This document shows, piece by piece, positions 18,747-28,850 of a stretch of DNA of 64,000 bases. The notes beneath the pieces were generated by a model, which saw only the letters and a list, made by a program, of their open reading frames with translations, did no database searches and had not been told where the DNA came from. The stretch spans positions 57,949-121,948 of the forward strand of contig JAGBEY010000002.1 in assembly GCA_017936745.1 (NCBI GenBank), written 5' to 3'. Made by a program: the position numbers and the translations under genes. Every line of letters starts with the position of its first letter. Positions within the stretch are counted from its first letter, which is position 1. This DNA comes from Clostridia bacterium (GTDB lineage Bacteria > Bacillota > Clostridia > UMGS1840).

Positions 18747-20610
18747 GGCAAAGGCAGAATTTGTCTGTAGGGAATTTACAGAACGTGCCCGAAAGCGAAA
18801 TCAGCAGGAACTCAAATGGAACTTAAATCTCAATTTCTTAAACGGAAATCAGTATTGTGATGCCGATTATAACGGCAAAAAGATTTTTTCCATTGAAAAG
18901 CTGTACGACTATCAGGAGCGAGCAGTTTACAACAATATTGCACCGATTGTGGAAACACGCATTTCCAAGCTTTCCTGTGTGATTCCTCAAATCGGTGCAA
19001 TCACAGACAGCACGGATGCAGACCATATCGCCAATGCAAAAATTTCAACTGCCGTTATCAGAAATGTCAACAAACGTCTGAATTTCTCCGAAAAAATTGC
19101 CCAGGCAGTTGCCATCTCCGAAATGCTGGGAACCGTTTTTTACAAAACTGTGTGGCAAAAAGAACACGGAGACCTTCTGTTTCGGGGCGAATCCGGAGCA
19201 GTTTATACCGGTGAAGTAGACACCCTTGTCTGCTCCCCTTATGAAATTTATCCGGAAAGCTTGTATACCGAATCAATCAGCGAACAACGAAGCATCATTC
19301 ACGCCCATCCTTATCATATCGACGAAATTAAGGATAACTGGGGCGTGGAGGTAACACCCCACCGTGTGAATTTGTTTTCTATGACAAATATCACCAATGT
19401 GACCGGTGGCTTAGGATGGACAAGCACGGCAGAAAGTGTCGGTCAGGAAATCAAAGACGGCTACGATATTGTATTGGAGTATTACGAAAAGCCCTCCAAA
19501 AAATATCCTGACGGCAGATTGCTCATTGTAGCATACTACAATCAGATGCTTTTATACGAGGGAGTACTCCCCTACATCAACCAAACCTATCAGAAACGGG
19601 GATACCCATTTGTAAAGCAGGTTTCCATTGCCCGCCCGGGTTGCTTTTTCGGTATCAGTGTCATTGAACGGCTGATTCCCATTCAAAGAGATTATAATGC
19701 CATTCAGAACCGCATCAACGAATATTTAAACCGCGCCGCCTTAGGAATCCCTGTTGTGGAGGACGGAAGTGTGGATGTGGACAGTCTGGAATACTACGGA
19801 ATGCCTCCCGGGATGCCCATCGTGTATGGCAGAGGAAGCGAACCGCCCCGATTTATGGATACTCCTGCTCTCCCCTACAGCTTCTTATCCAAGCAGGACC
19901 GTCTGGAGGAGGCATTTGTGTCGATTTCCGGCATTTCGGAACTTTCTCAATATTCCAGAGTACCGGGAACCGTAACCTCCGGAACTGCACTGGGCATTTT
20001 AGCACAACAAGACGACAACCGTCTTGCCTCCGGTGCAGAAAATATTCGCAATGCCGTGTTGGAGGTGGCAAAACAGTGGCTTCGTTTGTACCGCCAATTT
20101 GCCTTATTTGAGCGAATGCTGACCTTAGGCGGCGACGATATGGATAATGCGGTAATCCGCTGGAATACCACGAATCTATTGCCTGAGAATCTGGAGCTTA
20201 CCACGCAGAACGAAATTGAAAATTCTTTGGCAGTTAAACGTGAGCTGATTCGTGAATTATATCAGATGGGGCTGTTCACCGACTCGAAAACCGGAAAAAT
20301 CACCCCTGCCGCAAAATCAAAAATCCTTTCGTTGCTGAAAATGGGTGACTGGGAAAATAAAATGGAGCTGGAAACACTGCATTCAGCCCGTGCAGCCAGA
20401 GAAAATCTAAAAATGCGACAAGGCGTTTTCTGCGAGGTCAACTCCAGAGACCAGCATGAAATTCACATTGAAGAGCATACCAAATATATTCTCACAAGAG
20501 AATTTGAAGACCTATCCAACGAAAACGACGGCTTATCCGCTTTGTTTGAAGCCCATCTTGGGCATCACGAAGCAATGCTTTGCAAAAAAACAGAACCGGC
20601 AAAAGAATAA
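18739..20610 (+). CDS. phage-portal-like protein (623 aa), orphan
   Basis: GGAGG RBS and an intact ORF. The N-terminal pattern RKRNQQELKWNLNLNFLNGNQY...YNNIAPIVETRISKL and the overall size and acidic helical C-terminus resemble tailed-phage portal proteins. Assignment is by eye only. Confidence 0.5.
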   Translation: MSEAKAEFVCREFTERARKRNQQELKWNLNLNFLNGNQYCDADYNGKKIFSIEKLYDYQERAVYNNIAPIVETRISKLSCVIPQIGAITDSTDADHIANAKISTAVIRNVNKRLNFSEKIAQAVAISEMLGTVFYKTVWQKEHGDLLFRGESGAVYTGEVDTLVCSPYEIYPESLYTESISEQRSIIHAHPYHIDEIKDNWGVEVTPHRVNLFSMTNITNVTGGLGWTSTAESVGQEIKDGYDIVLEYYEKPSKKYPDGRLLIVAYYNQMLLYEGVLPYINQTYQKRGYPFVKQVSIARPGCFFGISVIERLIPIQRDYNAIQNRINEYLNRAALGIPVVEDGSVDVDSLEYYGMPPGMPIVYGRGSEPPRFMDTPALPYSFLSKQDRLEEAFVSISGISELSQYSRVPGTVTSGTALGILAQQDDNRLASGAENIRNAVLEVAKQWLRLYRQFALFERMLTLGGDDMDNAVIRWNTTNLLPENLELTTQNEIENSLAVKRELIRELYQMGLFTDSKTGKITPAAKSKILSLLKMGDWENKMELETLHSARAARENLKMRQGVFCEVNSRDQHEIHIEEHTKYILTREFEDLSNENDGLSALFEAHLGHHEAMLCKKTEPAKE

Positions 20611-20692
20611 AAATTTATTTAAAAAGTATAATTGGATTTTTTTCCGAATATACTAAAGTATACCAACCACAAAGAAGAAAGGCGGTCAACCT

Positions 20693-20923
20693 ATGGAACA
20701 TTTACTCAAAAAAATTTCTGCACTCTTTTCCCGTCCCGAAGCTGACCCGGATATGGATGCACTGTTAGAAGCCAAGCAGGAAGTGGAAATTGCCTGGCGC
20801 AACTTTAATGAGGTAACACAGGAAGAATATATTGATATTGCCATTATGAACTTAAACCTCGCAAAAAAACGGCTGGATGTTGCTATAAAGGAGTCCAAGG
20901 AAGCAAGGGCCGTCAATCTTTAA
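20693..20923 (+). CDS. DUF2508 (YaaL-like) protein
   Basis: 76 aa: ...LLEAKQEVEIAWRNFNEVTQEEYIDIAIMNLNLAKKRL..., typical of the Firmicute YaaL family. Confidence 0.75.
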   Translation: MEHLLKKISALFSRPEADPDMDALLEAKQEVEIAWRNFNEVTQEEYIDIAIMNLNLAKKRLDVAIKESKEARAVNL

Positions 20924-20964
20924 ACAAGCCATTCACTCTCATTTTTTGAAATCCTCTCTAAAAG

Positions 20965-20999
20965 AAAAAAGGAACTGTCCTCGCGACAGTTCCTTTTTT
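20965..20999. terminator. bidirectional rho-independent terminator
   Basis: AAAAAAGGAACTGTC ctcgc GACAGTTCCTTTTTT, with A and T runs on either side. Lies between the convergent DUF2508 and mgtC genes. Confidence 0.85.
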
Positions 21000-21002
21000 C
21001 TT

Positions 21003-21644
21003 TTAGAGTTCACTTTTTAATGCACAATCGTACGGAATGGAGCAAAGAAATGCTTCTTCGTTTAAATCACTGGGGATTTCTATGTAAAACACATAGGTAA
21101 ACAATCCGTTTTTCTTCATGATATTGGTATCGTAAACCGTAATTTTACTTTCTGCAAACCGTTCTTTGATTATGCTGGAATTCTCAATATTTTTAACTGT
21201 GAGAATTTTACTTTTCGGCTTGGCAGTAAATCTGCCTCTGAAATGCAGAATGGTTTGTGCCAAAAGAATCAGCAGTGTACCGGCAACGCCTACCACATAC
21301 ATGCCGCAGCCGATTGCCATACCAATTCCGGCAGTTGCCCAGATGCCTGCCGCGGTGGTGAGACCGCTGATCATCTGATGCTTTACAAACACCATACCTG
21401 CTCCCAAGAAACCGATTCCGCTAACAATCTGCGCCGCAATACGGGCAGGGTCGCGATTGGTAACATTGGGGATATTTATAAACCCATAAATGGAAACCAA
21501 CATCATAAGGCAGGATGCAATCGCAACAATACAATGAGTCCGCAAGCCTGCTTCTTTTGCACGGTTGGTTCGCTCGAACCCAATCACAACACCGCACACA
21601 CCGGCAACCACCAGCCGAAGGAGACACATGATATGCAGTTCCAT
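21003..21644 (-). CDS. MgtC/SapB-family membrane protein
   Basis: LRLVVAGVCGVVIGFERTNRAKEAGLRTH signature and a C-terminal soluble domain. Confidence 0.9.
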   Translation of the reverse strand: MELHIMCLLRLVVAGVCGVVIGFERTNRAKEAGLRTHCIVAIASCLMMLVSIYGFINIPNVTNRDPARIAAQIVSGIGFLGAGMVFVKHQMISGLTTAAGIWATAGIGMAIGCGMYVVGVAGTLLILLAQTILHFRGRFTAKPKSKILTVKNIENSSIIKERFAESKITVYDTNIMKKNGLFTYVFYIEIPSDLNEEAFLCSIPYDCALKSEL

Positions 21645-21672
21645 CTTTTCCCTCCTCTCATTACAGACAAAT

Positions 21673-21702
21673 ATTATAGCACATTTCGACCTGTTCTGTC
21701 AA
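21673..21702 (-). promoter_or_regulatory. sigma-A-type promoter for mgtC-family gene
   Basis: Minus strand reads TTGACA (21702..21697), 18-nt spacer, TATAAT (21678..21673). Confidence 0.5.
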
Positions 21703-21775
21703 TTTTTTTTGAATAAAACCGGAAAGCATCGCACTTTTCCGATTTACTGCTATCAATATGCAAATCTATCCGATT

Positions 21776-23224
21776 TTATGAATTGTGTTCCTGCAGCATT
21801 TTATCACGGATATTCCATAGCTCCTGAGATAAATCCACATAGTAGGTATGGGGATTTTCAAAACGGGTTACCTCATCCCAAAGGGTATTCACTTCTTCTT
21901 TACAATATTCCTTTAATTCCTTTAATGTGGGGGAGGTATAAACCTGCTTTCCGTTTTCAAAAATGGGAACTAAAAGCTTTCTTGCAGTAAAATTGGTAAC
22001 CTTCTGCCGCTTCCAGGTATACTGTGGGTCAAACAGTTCATATTCGGTCACCCCATCAAATGTCTCGTTGTGGAGCGTAATCACATCGGCAATGGCTTTT
22101 CCCGTCTCATTGGAATACAGACGATACAGGCTTTTAAAGCCCGGGATGGTTATTTTGGAAACATTTTCCGAAAGCTTGATTTTGGGGATTTCTTTTTCCC
22201 CGTCAAACACGGATACCAGCTTATACACACCGCCAAACACCGGCTCGGATTTGGAGGTGATTAACCGCTCGCCCACGCCGAAGGTATCCACCTTTGCCCC
22301 TTGATTGAGCATATCCCGGATAATGTATTCATCCAAGGAATTGGAGGCAACTATTTTCACATCGGGATAGCCGGCATCATCCAGCATTTTCCGTGCTTTT
22401 TTGGAAAGATACGTGATATCCCCGCTGTCAATCCGAATCCCTTTGGGACGAAAGCCTCTTGGAACAACTTCCGTATCAAACGCTTTAATCGCATTGGGGA
22501 TTCCCGATTTCAACACGTTATAGGTATCCACCAATAGGGTACAATCCTCAGGATAGTTTCTGGCGTAGGTTAAAAACGCCTCCAGCTCTGTATCAAACAT
22601 CTGCACCCAGCTATGTGCCATCGTGCCAAGAGCAGGAATGTCAAACAACTGGTCGGTCACGGTGCAGGCAGTGCCGGCACAGCCACCGATATATGCCGCT
22701 CTTGCTCCATATATCGCACCGTCATACCCCTGCGCACGGCGGGAGCCGAATTCCATCACCGCTCTCCCCTCTGCCGCCTGCACAATCCGATTGGCTTTGG
22801 TGGCAATCAAGGATTGATGGTTTACGGTCAAAAGAAGCATGGTTTCCATCAGCTGAGCTTCGATAACAGGACCTTTTACACACACAACCGGCTCCATGGG
22901 AAAAATGGGAGTTCCCTCAGGAATTGCCCACACGGAAGAAGAAAATTTAAAATCACGAAGATACTCTAAAAATTCTTCACAAAAAATATTTTTCGTTCGG
23001 AGATATGCGATATCTTCTTCGGAAAAGTGCAGATTTTTAATATATTCAATCATCTGCTCCAAACCAGCCATAATGGCATAGCCCCCATCATTTGGGATTT
23101 TACGAAAAAACAAATCAAATGCCACTTCGGTATCTTTCATTCCACTTTTAAAATAGCCGTTTGACATGGTAAATTCGTAAAAATCTGTGAGCATGGATAA
23201 GTTGATATGGGAATTAAATTTCAT
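21776..23224 (-). CDS. pncB: nicotinate phosphoribosyltransferase
   Basis: 482 aa: LTDFYEFTMSNGYF..., EFGSRRAQG, GTMAHSWVQ motifs. Confidence 0.9.
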   Translation of the reverse strand: MKFNSHINLSMLTDFYEFTMSNGYFKSGMKDTEVAFDLFFRKIPNDGGYAIMAGLEQMIEYIKNLHFSEEDIAYLRTKNIFCEEFLEYLRDFKFSSSVWAIPEGTPIFPMEPVVCVKGPVIEAQLMETMLLLTVNHQSLIATKANRIVQAAEGRAVMEFGSRRAQGYDGAIYGARAAYIGGCAGTACTVTDQLFDIPALGTMAHSWVQMFDTELEAFLTYARNYPEDCTLLVDTYNVLKSGIPNAIKAFDTEVVPRGFRPKGIRIDSGDITYLSKKARKMLDDAGYPDVKIVASNSLDEYIIRDMLNQGAKVDTFGVGERLITSKSEPVFGGVYKLVSVFDGEKEIPKIKLSENVSKITIPGFKSLYRLYSNETGKAIADVITLHNETFDGVTEYELFDPQYTWKRQKVTNFTARKLLVPIFENGKQVYTSPTLKELKEYCKEEVNTLWDEVTRFENPHTYYVDLSQELWNIRDKMLQEHNS

Positions 23225-23247
23225 AAGACAGCCTTCTTTCTAAAGAT

Positions 23248-24522
23248 TTACTCCACCACTTCATCTGCCTCTGTTACATCGGGCAGGATTCTTACCGTTT
23301 CTTCTTCAGACAAGGAAGAAACACTGTTTAATTTCCGCACTATGGCACGGGTTCTTACCCCCACCAGCTTTTCCAGTTCTCCGTGTGCCTGGTCCAGCCG
23401 CTGCTGAGCAGACTGAATCACATCGGAGAATTTTTGAAACTCGGTTTTCACTGCACCCAGCACATTCCACACTTCGCCGGAGCGTTTCTGGATTGCCAGA
23501 GTTTTAAAGCCCATCTGCAAGCTCTGTAAAAAGGCACAGATGGTGGTAGGACCCGCCAGATTCACTTTATATTCCCGCTGAAGCACCTCTACCATACCGT
23601 GGCGCACTACCTCAGCATATAAGCCCTCCACGGGCAAAAACATAATGGCAAAATCTGTGGTTTCCGGCGGAGAAATATATTTATCACTGATATCCTTTGC
23701 AAATTGCTTGATACGACGGTCCAACGCGGTTTTTGCCGCTTCGATTTGTGCCACATCACCGGTATCGTAAGCATCGGTCAGCTGAGCATAAGCATCCACG
23801 GGGAATTTTGCATCAATCGGAAGATACACGGGAGCGTTTCCGTCCCCGGGTAACCGGATGGCAAATTCCACCACGTTGGAGCTTCCTTTTTTCACTGCCA
23901 CATTCGTATCATACTGGTCGGGAGAAAACATCTGCTCTAAAATAGCACCAAGCTGAATTTCTCCCAAAATGCCACGGGTTTTCACATTGGAAAGAACCTT
24001 TTTCAAGTCACCCACGCCGGATGCAAGGGTTTTCATTTCGCCAAGTCCTTTGTAAACCTCCTCCAATCGTTCGGATACCAGTTTAAAGGATTGCCCGATA
24101 CGGTCCTCCAAGGTTTTTTGCAGTTTTTCATCCACGGTTTCCCGCATTTTTTCCAGTTTTTTATTGTTATCCTCTTGCATACGGGTCAGTTTGTTTTCCA
24201 CCGTTTCCCGAATTTGCTCCAGCTTTTTTTCGTTGTTCAGTGAAAACTGATTGAGCCGTTCCTCCGAGGATTTCAACCGTTCGGAAACCTCTTTCTGAAA
24301 GGATTCAAAACGGGTGTTCAAATCCCCCATTCTCACATCCTGCTGATGTGCTGTCTGCTTTTGGGTATCCGACAGCATATCCGACATATTTTTCAGCTGA
24401 TTGGTCAGCTCCATCCGTAGCGCCGAAAAATCATTCTGATTGTTTTTCGTGGTTAAAACAAGAATGAGGAGCACCACAATGACAACAGACAATGCCAGAA
24501 GAATATAACTGATTACTTCCAC
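23248..24522 (-). CDS. rmuC: DNA recombination protein RmuC
   Basis: N-terminal TM helix, a long coiled coil, and a C-terminal RmuC nuclease-like domain (...FAIMFLPVEGLYAE...). GTG start behind GGAGG. Confidence 0.85.
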   Translation of the reverse strand: MEVISYILLALSVVIVVLLILVLTTKNNQNDFSALRMELTNQLKNMSDMLSDTQKQTAHQQDVRMGDLNTRFESFQKEVSERLKSSEERLNQFSLNNEKKLEQIRETVENKLTRMQEDNNKKLEKMRETVDEKLQKTLEDRIGQSFKLVSERLEEVYKGLGEMKTLASGVGDLKKVLSNVKTRGILGEIQLGAILEQMFSPDQYDTNVAVKKGSSNVVEFAIRLPGDGNAPVYLPIDAKFPVDAYAQLTDAYDTGDVAQIEAAKTALDRRIKQFAKDISDKYISPPETTDFAIMFLPVEGLYAEVVRHGMVEVLQREYKVNLAGPTTICAFLQSLQMGFKTLAIQKRSGEVWNVLGAVKTEFQKFSDVIQSAQQRLDQAHGELEKLVGVRTRAIVRKLNSVSSLSEEETVRILPDVTEADEVVE

Positions 24523-24539
24523 TTGGGAATCCTCCTTTG

Positions 24540-25637
24540 TTATCGGTATTCTCTTTGAATGGCAGAGTCAATCAACAAGGGATTGCAATCTACCTTTACT
24601 CTGTCGTTTGGGCTAAGTCCTCCGTCGTTTTTCACGATGGCACAATACATTCCCACACGACCTAAAATTTCATACTTTCCCTGATATAAGTATGGTTTTT
24701 TTCCAAAGCTTCGGACATCCGCATACAAATATCGCAAAATGTCAATCAATCGGAATGCATCGTTTTGCTTGGTGGTGTAAAAGCCGTCTTTATAGCCGAT
24801 TCCAATCACTGCGGTTTGCATATCCTGCTTGGCTTTGTATACATTCCCGTAAGCAATGTTGTCTCCTTTTTTCACAAAATTGGTATCCAACACTCTGGTT
24901 TCCAAGTAGGCAATCCGATGAAGCTTAACAGGTGATACCATCGGCAACCGCCCCAAAAATGCAGAACCAATCCGAACCGCATTCCGTTTTTTGTTGGGAT
25001 AAAGCAGTGCACCGCAGGAATTGGCACTATGAATGAGGATATGCTCCAACAGCTCCGGATTTTTCTCTTTCACCTTTCCCAACACGCTATCAAAGCGCTC
25101 ATCCTGCTTTTTGGTAATCTGATATTTTGGTTCAAAGGAGCAGGAATAATGGGTAAAAACACCTGTAACCCTCACGGTTTCTCCATTTTTTTCAAAGGCA
25201 GACAGAATGTCTTCCTCATTTCTGTATGAAAAGCCGAATCTGCCAAACCCGGTGTCCACCTTAATATGAACCGATGCCACAAGCTCCTTTTCTTTGGAAA
25301 CCTGTTCAATCAAATCCAGATGCACCATACTCCCCACGGTTAAGGCGACACCCTTTTGAAGAAGCTGTTCCACCGTTTTCTTGTTATTTTGGGGTGTCAT
25401 AAGAAGTACGGTAGCATTTAAAAATGATTCTGTTTCTTTTAATTTTAAGGCTTCATTTGCTTCAGACACAGCAAAATGGGTAATCCCCTTTTCCAAAAGA
25501 AAGGAAGCATAGGGTACAAGAGACAAGCCGTAGCCATCCCCTTTTACCACTGCGATGATGGTATTATCCTTGCAAAAAGCTTTAATATTTTCGATATTTT
25601 CTTCTAATTGTTTGGTTTCAATGACTAACGATTTCAT
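24540..25637 (-). CDS. alanine-racemase-family PLP-dependent enzyme
   Basis: 365 aa. AVVKGDGYGLS corresponds to the PLP-lysine motif (VVKANAYGHG in Alr). The sequence is divergent, so substrate is uncertain. Confidence 0.7.
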   Translation of the reverse strand: MKSLVIETKQLEENIENIKAFCKDNTIIAVVKGDGYGLSLVPYASFLLEKGITHFAVSEANEALKLKETESFLNATVLLMTPQNNKKTVEQLLQKGVALTVGSMVHLDLIEQVSKEKELVASVHIKVDTGFGRFGFSYRNEEDILSAFEKNGETVRVTGVFTHYSCSFEPKYQITKKQDERFDSVLGKVKEKNPELLEHILIHSANSCGALLYPNKKRNAVRIGSAFLGRLPMVSPVKLHRIAYLETRVLDTNFVKKGDNIAYGNVYKAKQDMQTAVIGIGYKDGFYTTKQNDAFRLIDILRYLYADVRSFGKKPYLYQGKYEILGRVGMYCAIVKNDGGLSPNDRVKVDCNPLLIDSAIQREYR

Positions 25638-25670
25638 TTTGTTTCATTCCTTTCCCAAAAGAATGATTTT

Positions 25671-27515
25671 TTAGATTCTGTTATGACAAACGCTGTTACA
25701 CTGATAACGGTTTGCACCGCAGCCGGCACACTTGTCACGGCAGTTGGGTGTGGTCAATACCTCTTTAGCGGCTGCCAGTTCCCGTTTGAAAAATTCCTTG
25801 GTGACACCGCAGCTTACAATCTCCCAGGGAAGCACTTCGTCCAACGAACGCTCCCGCTCATTGTAAAAAGTCATATCCACACCGGCATTCCGGAAGGCTT
25901 TCTGCCATTTTTCAAATGAGAAATATTCGTTCCAGCCATCCAGCTTGCAACCCAGCTTATGAGCTTCCAGAAGCACCTGACCCAATTTTCTGTCTCCACG
26001 GGAGAACGCCCCCTCCAGAACAGAGGTTTCGGCATCGTGCCAGTTTAAGCGGATATGTTTGGAACGCAAATTTTCTTTCAATAGGTTTTGTTTTCGCAAA
26101 ATGGTGTCAAAAGAATCCTGAGGTGCCCACTGGAAGGGAGTGTGCGGTTTTGGTACAAAGGTAGATACAGACACGGTAATACCAAATCGTTTGCCTCTTT
26201 TTTCTTTGGGAACACTGTAATAAATATCTTCAATTTTTTTCACCAGCTCACAGATACCCAAAACATCTTCATCGGTTTCAAAAGGCAGACCAATCATAAA
26301 ATATAATTTTACGGTTGACCAGCCGTTTTCATAAGCGAACTGCATGGTGTTTAAAATGGTTTCTTCCGAAATATTTTTATTGATAATATCCCGCATCCGC
26401 TGAGTTCCGGCTTCGGGTGCAAAGGTCAGAGAGCTTTTGCGAACCTCCGACAAGCTTTCCAGCGCTTCTTCGTGGAAATTGTCAATACGCAGTGACGGCA
26501 AAGCCAGATTGATCATATTTTCTTTGGTAAAGCTGTTGAGCTTTGCTTTCAACTCTTTTAACTGAAGATAATCACTGGTGCTTAAGGAGGAAAGGGAAAT
26601 TTCCTCATAACCGGTGCTGCAAAAAGACAGCTTTGCCAGCTCCGACAGCTTGTCTGCATCTTTTTCCCGTTTGGGACGGTAGATATAACCTGCCTGACAG
26701 AAACGGCAACCTCTCATACAGCCCCGCATTACCTCAAGGGTAATACGGTCATGCACCGCTTCGGTAAAAGGCACAACTAATTTTGTGGGAAATACTGCAT
26801 TGGATAAATCGGTAACCACAGTTTTTTCCACCGTTTTGGAAATAGATTTCACAGTTCCGTCCGGGTGATATTCCACCTCCACCAAGGAGGGAACATACAC
26901 GCCCTGCAGTTCGGACAGTTTTGCTAAAATCTGAGCTTTTGTCCAACCCTGTTTTTTGCCTTCTAAAATGATATCCGAAACAAGAAGAATCACGTCCTCT
27001 CCTTCTCCAATCATAAAGAAGTCGATAAAATCTGCTAACGGCTCGGGATTAAATGCGCAAGGGCCACCGGCACACACCAGAGGGAAGGTATTGTCTCGCT
27101 CGGCTGATAAAAGCGGAATTTCTGCCAGAGAAAGCATAGATAAAATGGAAGAATACGAAAGCTCATACTGGAGGGTAAACCCAATCACATCGTGAGCTTT
27201 TAAGGGCATCTTACTTTCCAGAGAATAAAGGGGAATCCCTTTTTCTTTCATCAGGTCTTCCATATCCTGAGCTACCATAAAGGCACGCTCCGCCCAGATA
27301 TCCTCCCGGTGGTTTAAGATGTCATATAAAATCTTAATGCCCAGGTGAGACATCCCGATTTCATACAAATCGGGAAAGCAAAAGGTAAAATGCAAGTCGG
27401 TTTTGTCCCAATCCTTTACCACACTGTTGTATTCTCCCCCTGCATAACGGGCAGGTCTTAAAACCTCGCATAAAATCTCGTCTAATTTCGACTCTAAATT
27501 TTTCGTCTGTGCCAT
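25671..27515 (-). CDS. B12-binding-domain radical SAM protein (TIGR03960-like)
   Basis: 614 aa with CMRGCRFCQAG (CxxxCxxC) and a Cys-rich C-terminus CRDKCAGCGANRYQC. Confidence 0.8.
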   Translation of the reverse strand: MAQTKNLESKLDEILCEVLRPARYAGGEYNSVVKDWDKTDLHFTFCFPDLYEIGMSHLGIKILYDILNHREDIWAERAFMVAQDMEDLMKEKGIPLYSLESKMPLKAHDVIGFTLQYELSYSSILSMLSLAEIPLLSAERDNTFPLVCAGGPCAFNPEPLADFIDFFMIGEGEDVILLVSDIILEGKKQGWTKAQILAKLSELQGVYVPSLVEVEYHPDGTVKSISKTVEKTVVTDLSNAVFPTKLVVPFTEAVHDRITLEVMRGCMRGCRFCQAGYIYRPKREKDADKLSELAKLSFCSTGYEEISLSSLSTSDYLQLKELKAKLNSFTKENMINLALPSLRIDNFHEEALESLSEVRKSSLTFAPEAGTQRMRDIINKNISEETILNTMQFAYENGWSTVKLYFMIGLPFETDEDVLGICELVKKIEDIYYSVPKEKRGKRFGITVSVSTFVPKPHTPFQWAPQDSFDTILRKQNLLKENLRSKHIRLNWHDAETSVLEGAFSRGDRKLGQVLLEAHKLGCKLDGWNEYFSFEKWQKAFRNAGVDMTFYNERERSLDEVLPWEIVSCGVTKEFFKRELAAAKEVLTTPNCRDKCAGCGANRYQCNSVCHNRI

Positions 27516-28847
27516 TTATTGTTCCCCTTTTAAAATTTGGTTTGCCTCAATAAATTCATTCAGCTTTTCCAAAGCGATGCCGGCAATTTTTTCATACCGT
27601 TCCTGCTTGGATCTGATTCGTTCATTCAGCTTCGGTAAAATGCCGAAGTTCATATTCATAGGTTGAAAATTTTCAATGGTTTCATCAGTAATATAACTGA
27701 GCAATGCCCCCAGTGCCGTTTCTTTCGGAAACGTCAAAAGCTCTTTTCCACCGGCATAAAGGTAAGCATTTACTCCTGCTAAAAGCCCGGATGCCATAGA
27801 TTCCACATACCCCTCAACCCCGGTCATCTGCCCTGCTAAAAAGATGTTTTTATGTTCTTTTAACTGGTTGGTGGGCAGAAGATTTTTCGGTGCATTGATG
27901 TAAGTATTACGATGCATCACTCCGTAACGCAGAAATTCTGCATTCTGCAGTCCGGGAATCATAGAAAATACCCGCTTTTGTTCCCCGAATGTGAGATTGG
28001 TCTGAAAACCGACCAGATTATACATGGTATCTTCTGTGTTTTCCTGACGGAGCTGAACTACTGCATAATATTCTTTTCCGGTAACAGGATCCGGAAGCCC
28101 TACCGGCTTCATCGGACCAAACAAGAGTGTTTTCTCCCCTCGCTTTGCCATCACCTCAACGGGCATACATCCCTCAAACACCTTGATTTTCTTTTCTTCC
28201 TCCAGGTGGAGAGGTGCCAGTCTGGCATTGATGAGTTCCCGGTAAAACGCCTCATATTGCTCCTTGGTAAAGGGGCAGTTAATATAATCTGCTGTGCCCT
28301 TCCCGTAACGGGCCATTTTATAGCAGATAGACATATCAATGCTGTCTTTCGCCACAACGGGGGCTGCTGCATCAAAAAAGTATAGGCTTTCTTCTCCCAA
28401 AAGCTTGGCAATTTCTCCGGCAAGAGGCTCCGAAGTGAGAGGCCCCGTTGCCAGAATGCAAATACCGTCCGGGATTTTGGTTACTTCGCCTGATATCACT
28501 TCAATATTCGGATGATTTTTAATGGTTTCGGTAATATAACGGGAAAACTTGTCTCTGTCTACCGCTAAAGCATCACCGGCAGGCACTTTGGACTGTTCTG
28601 CACTTTCCATACAGATGGAACCAAGACGCCGAAGTTCTTCTTTTAACAGTCCGCAAGCATTGGAAATGCGATTGCCTTTTAAGGAGTTGGAGCAGACAAG
28701 CTCTGCCAAATCGTCACTGTGATGTGCAGGAGATTTTTTATGGGGCTTCATTTCATAAAGCTTGACCTTACCGCCAAGTTTCGCCACCTGATAAGCGGCT
28801 TCCACACCGGCAAGTCCCCCACCCACAATATGAATGGTCTGATTCAT
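27516..28847 (-). CDS. trmFO: methylenetetrahydrofolate--tRNA-(uracil-5-)-methyltransferase TrmFO
   Basis: 443 aa with the FAD motif IVGGGLAGVEAA and ...ELVCSNS.... Conserved topA-trmFO context. Confidence 0.9.
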   Translation of the reverse strand: MNQTIHIVGGGLAGVEAAYQVAKLGGKVKLYEMKPHKKSPAHHSDDLAELVCSNSLKGNRISNACGLLKEELRRLGSICMESAEQSKVPAGDALAVDRDKFSRYITETIKNHPNIEVISGEVTKIPDGICILATGPLTSEPLAGEIAKLLGEESLYFFDAAAPVVAKDSIDMSICYKMARYGKGTADYINCPFTKEQYEAFYRELINARLAPLHLEEEKKIKVFEGCMPVEVMAKRGEKTLLFGPMKPVGLPDPVTGKEYYAVVQLRQENTEDTMYNLVGFQTNLTFGEQKRVFSMIPGLQNAEFLRYGVMHRNTYINAPKNLLPTNQLKEHKNIFLAGQMTGVEGYVESMASGLLAGVNAYLYAGGKELLTFPKETALGALLSYITDETIENFQPMNMNFGILPKLNERIRSKQERYEKIAGIALEKLNEFIEANQILKGEQ

Positions 28848-28850
28848 AAT

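Noticed and set aside
25671-27515. The radical SAM gene as the missing SCIFF maturase.
   Set aside because: It has the architecture of the B12-binding-domain/TIGR03960 group at 614 aa, with no twin SPASM Cys clusters in the expected arrangement. It is 25 kb away in an unrelated operon.
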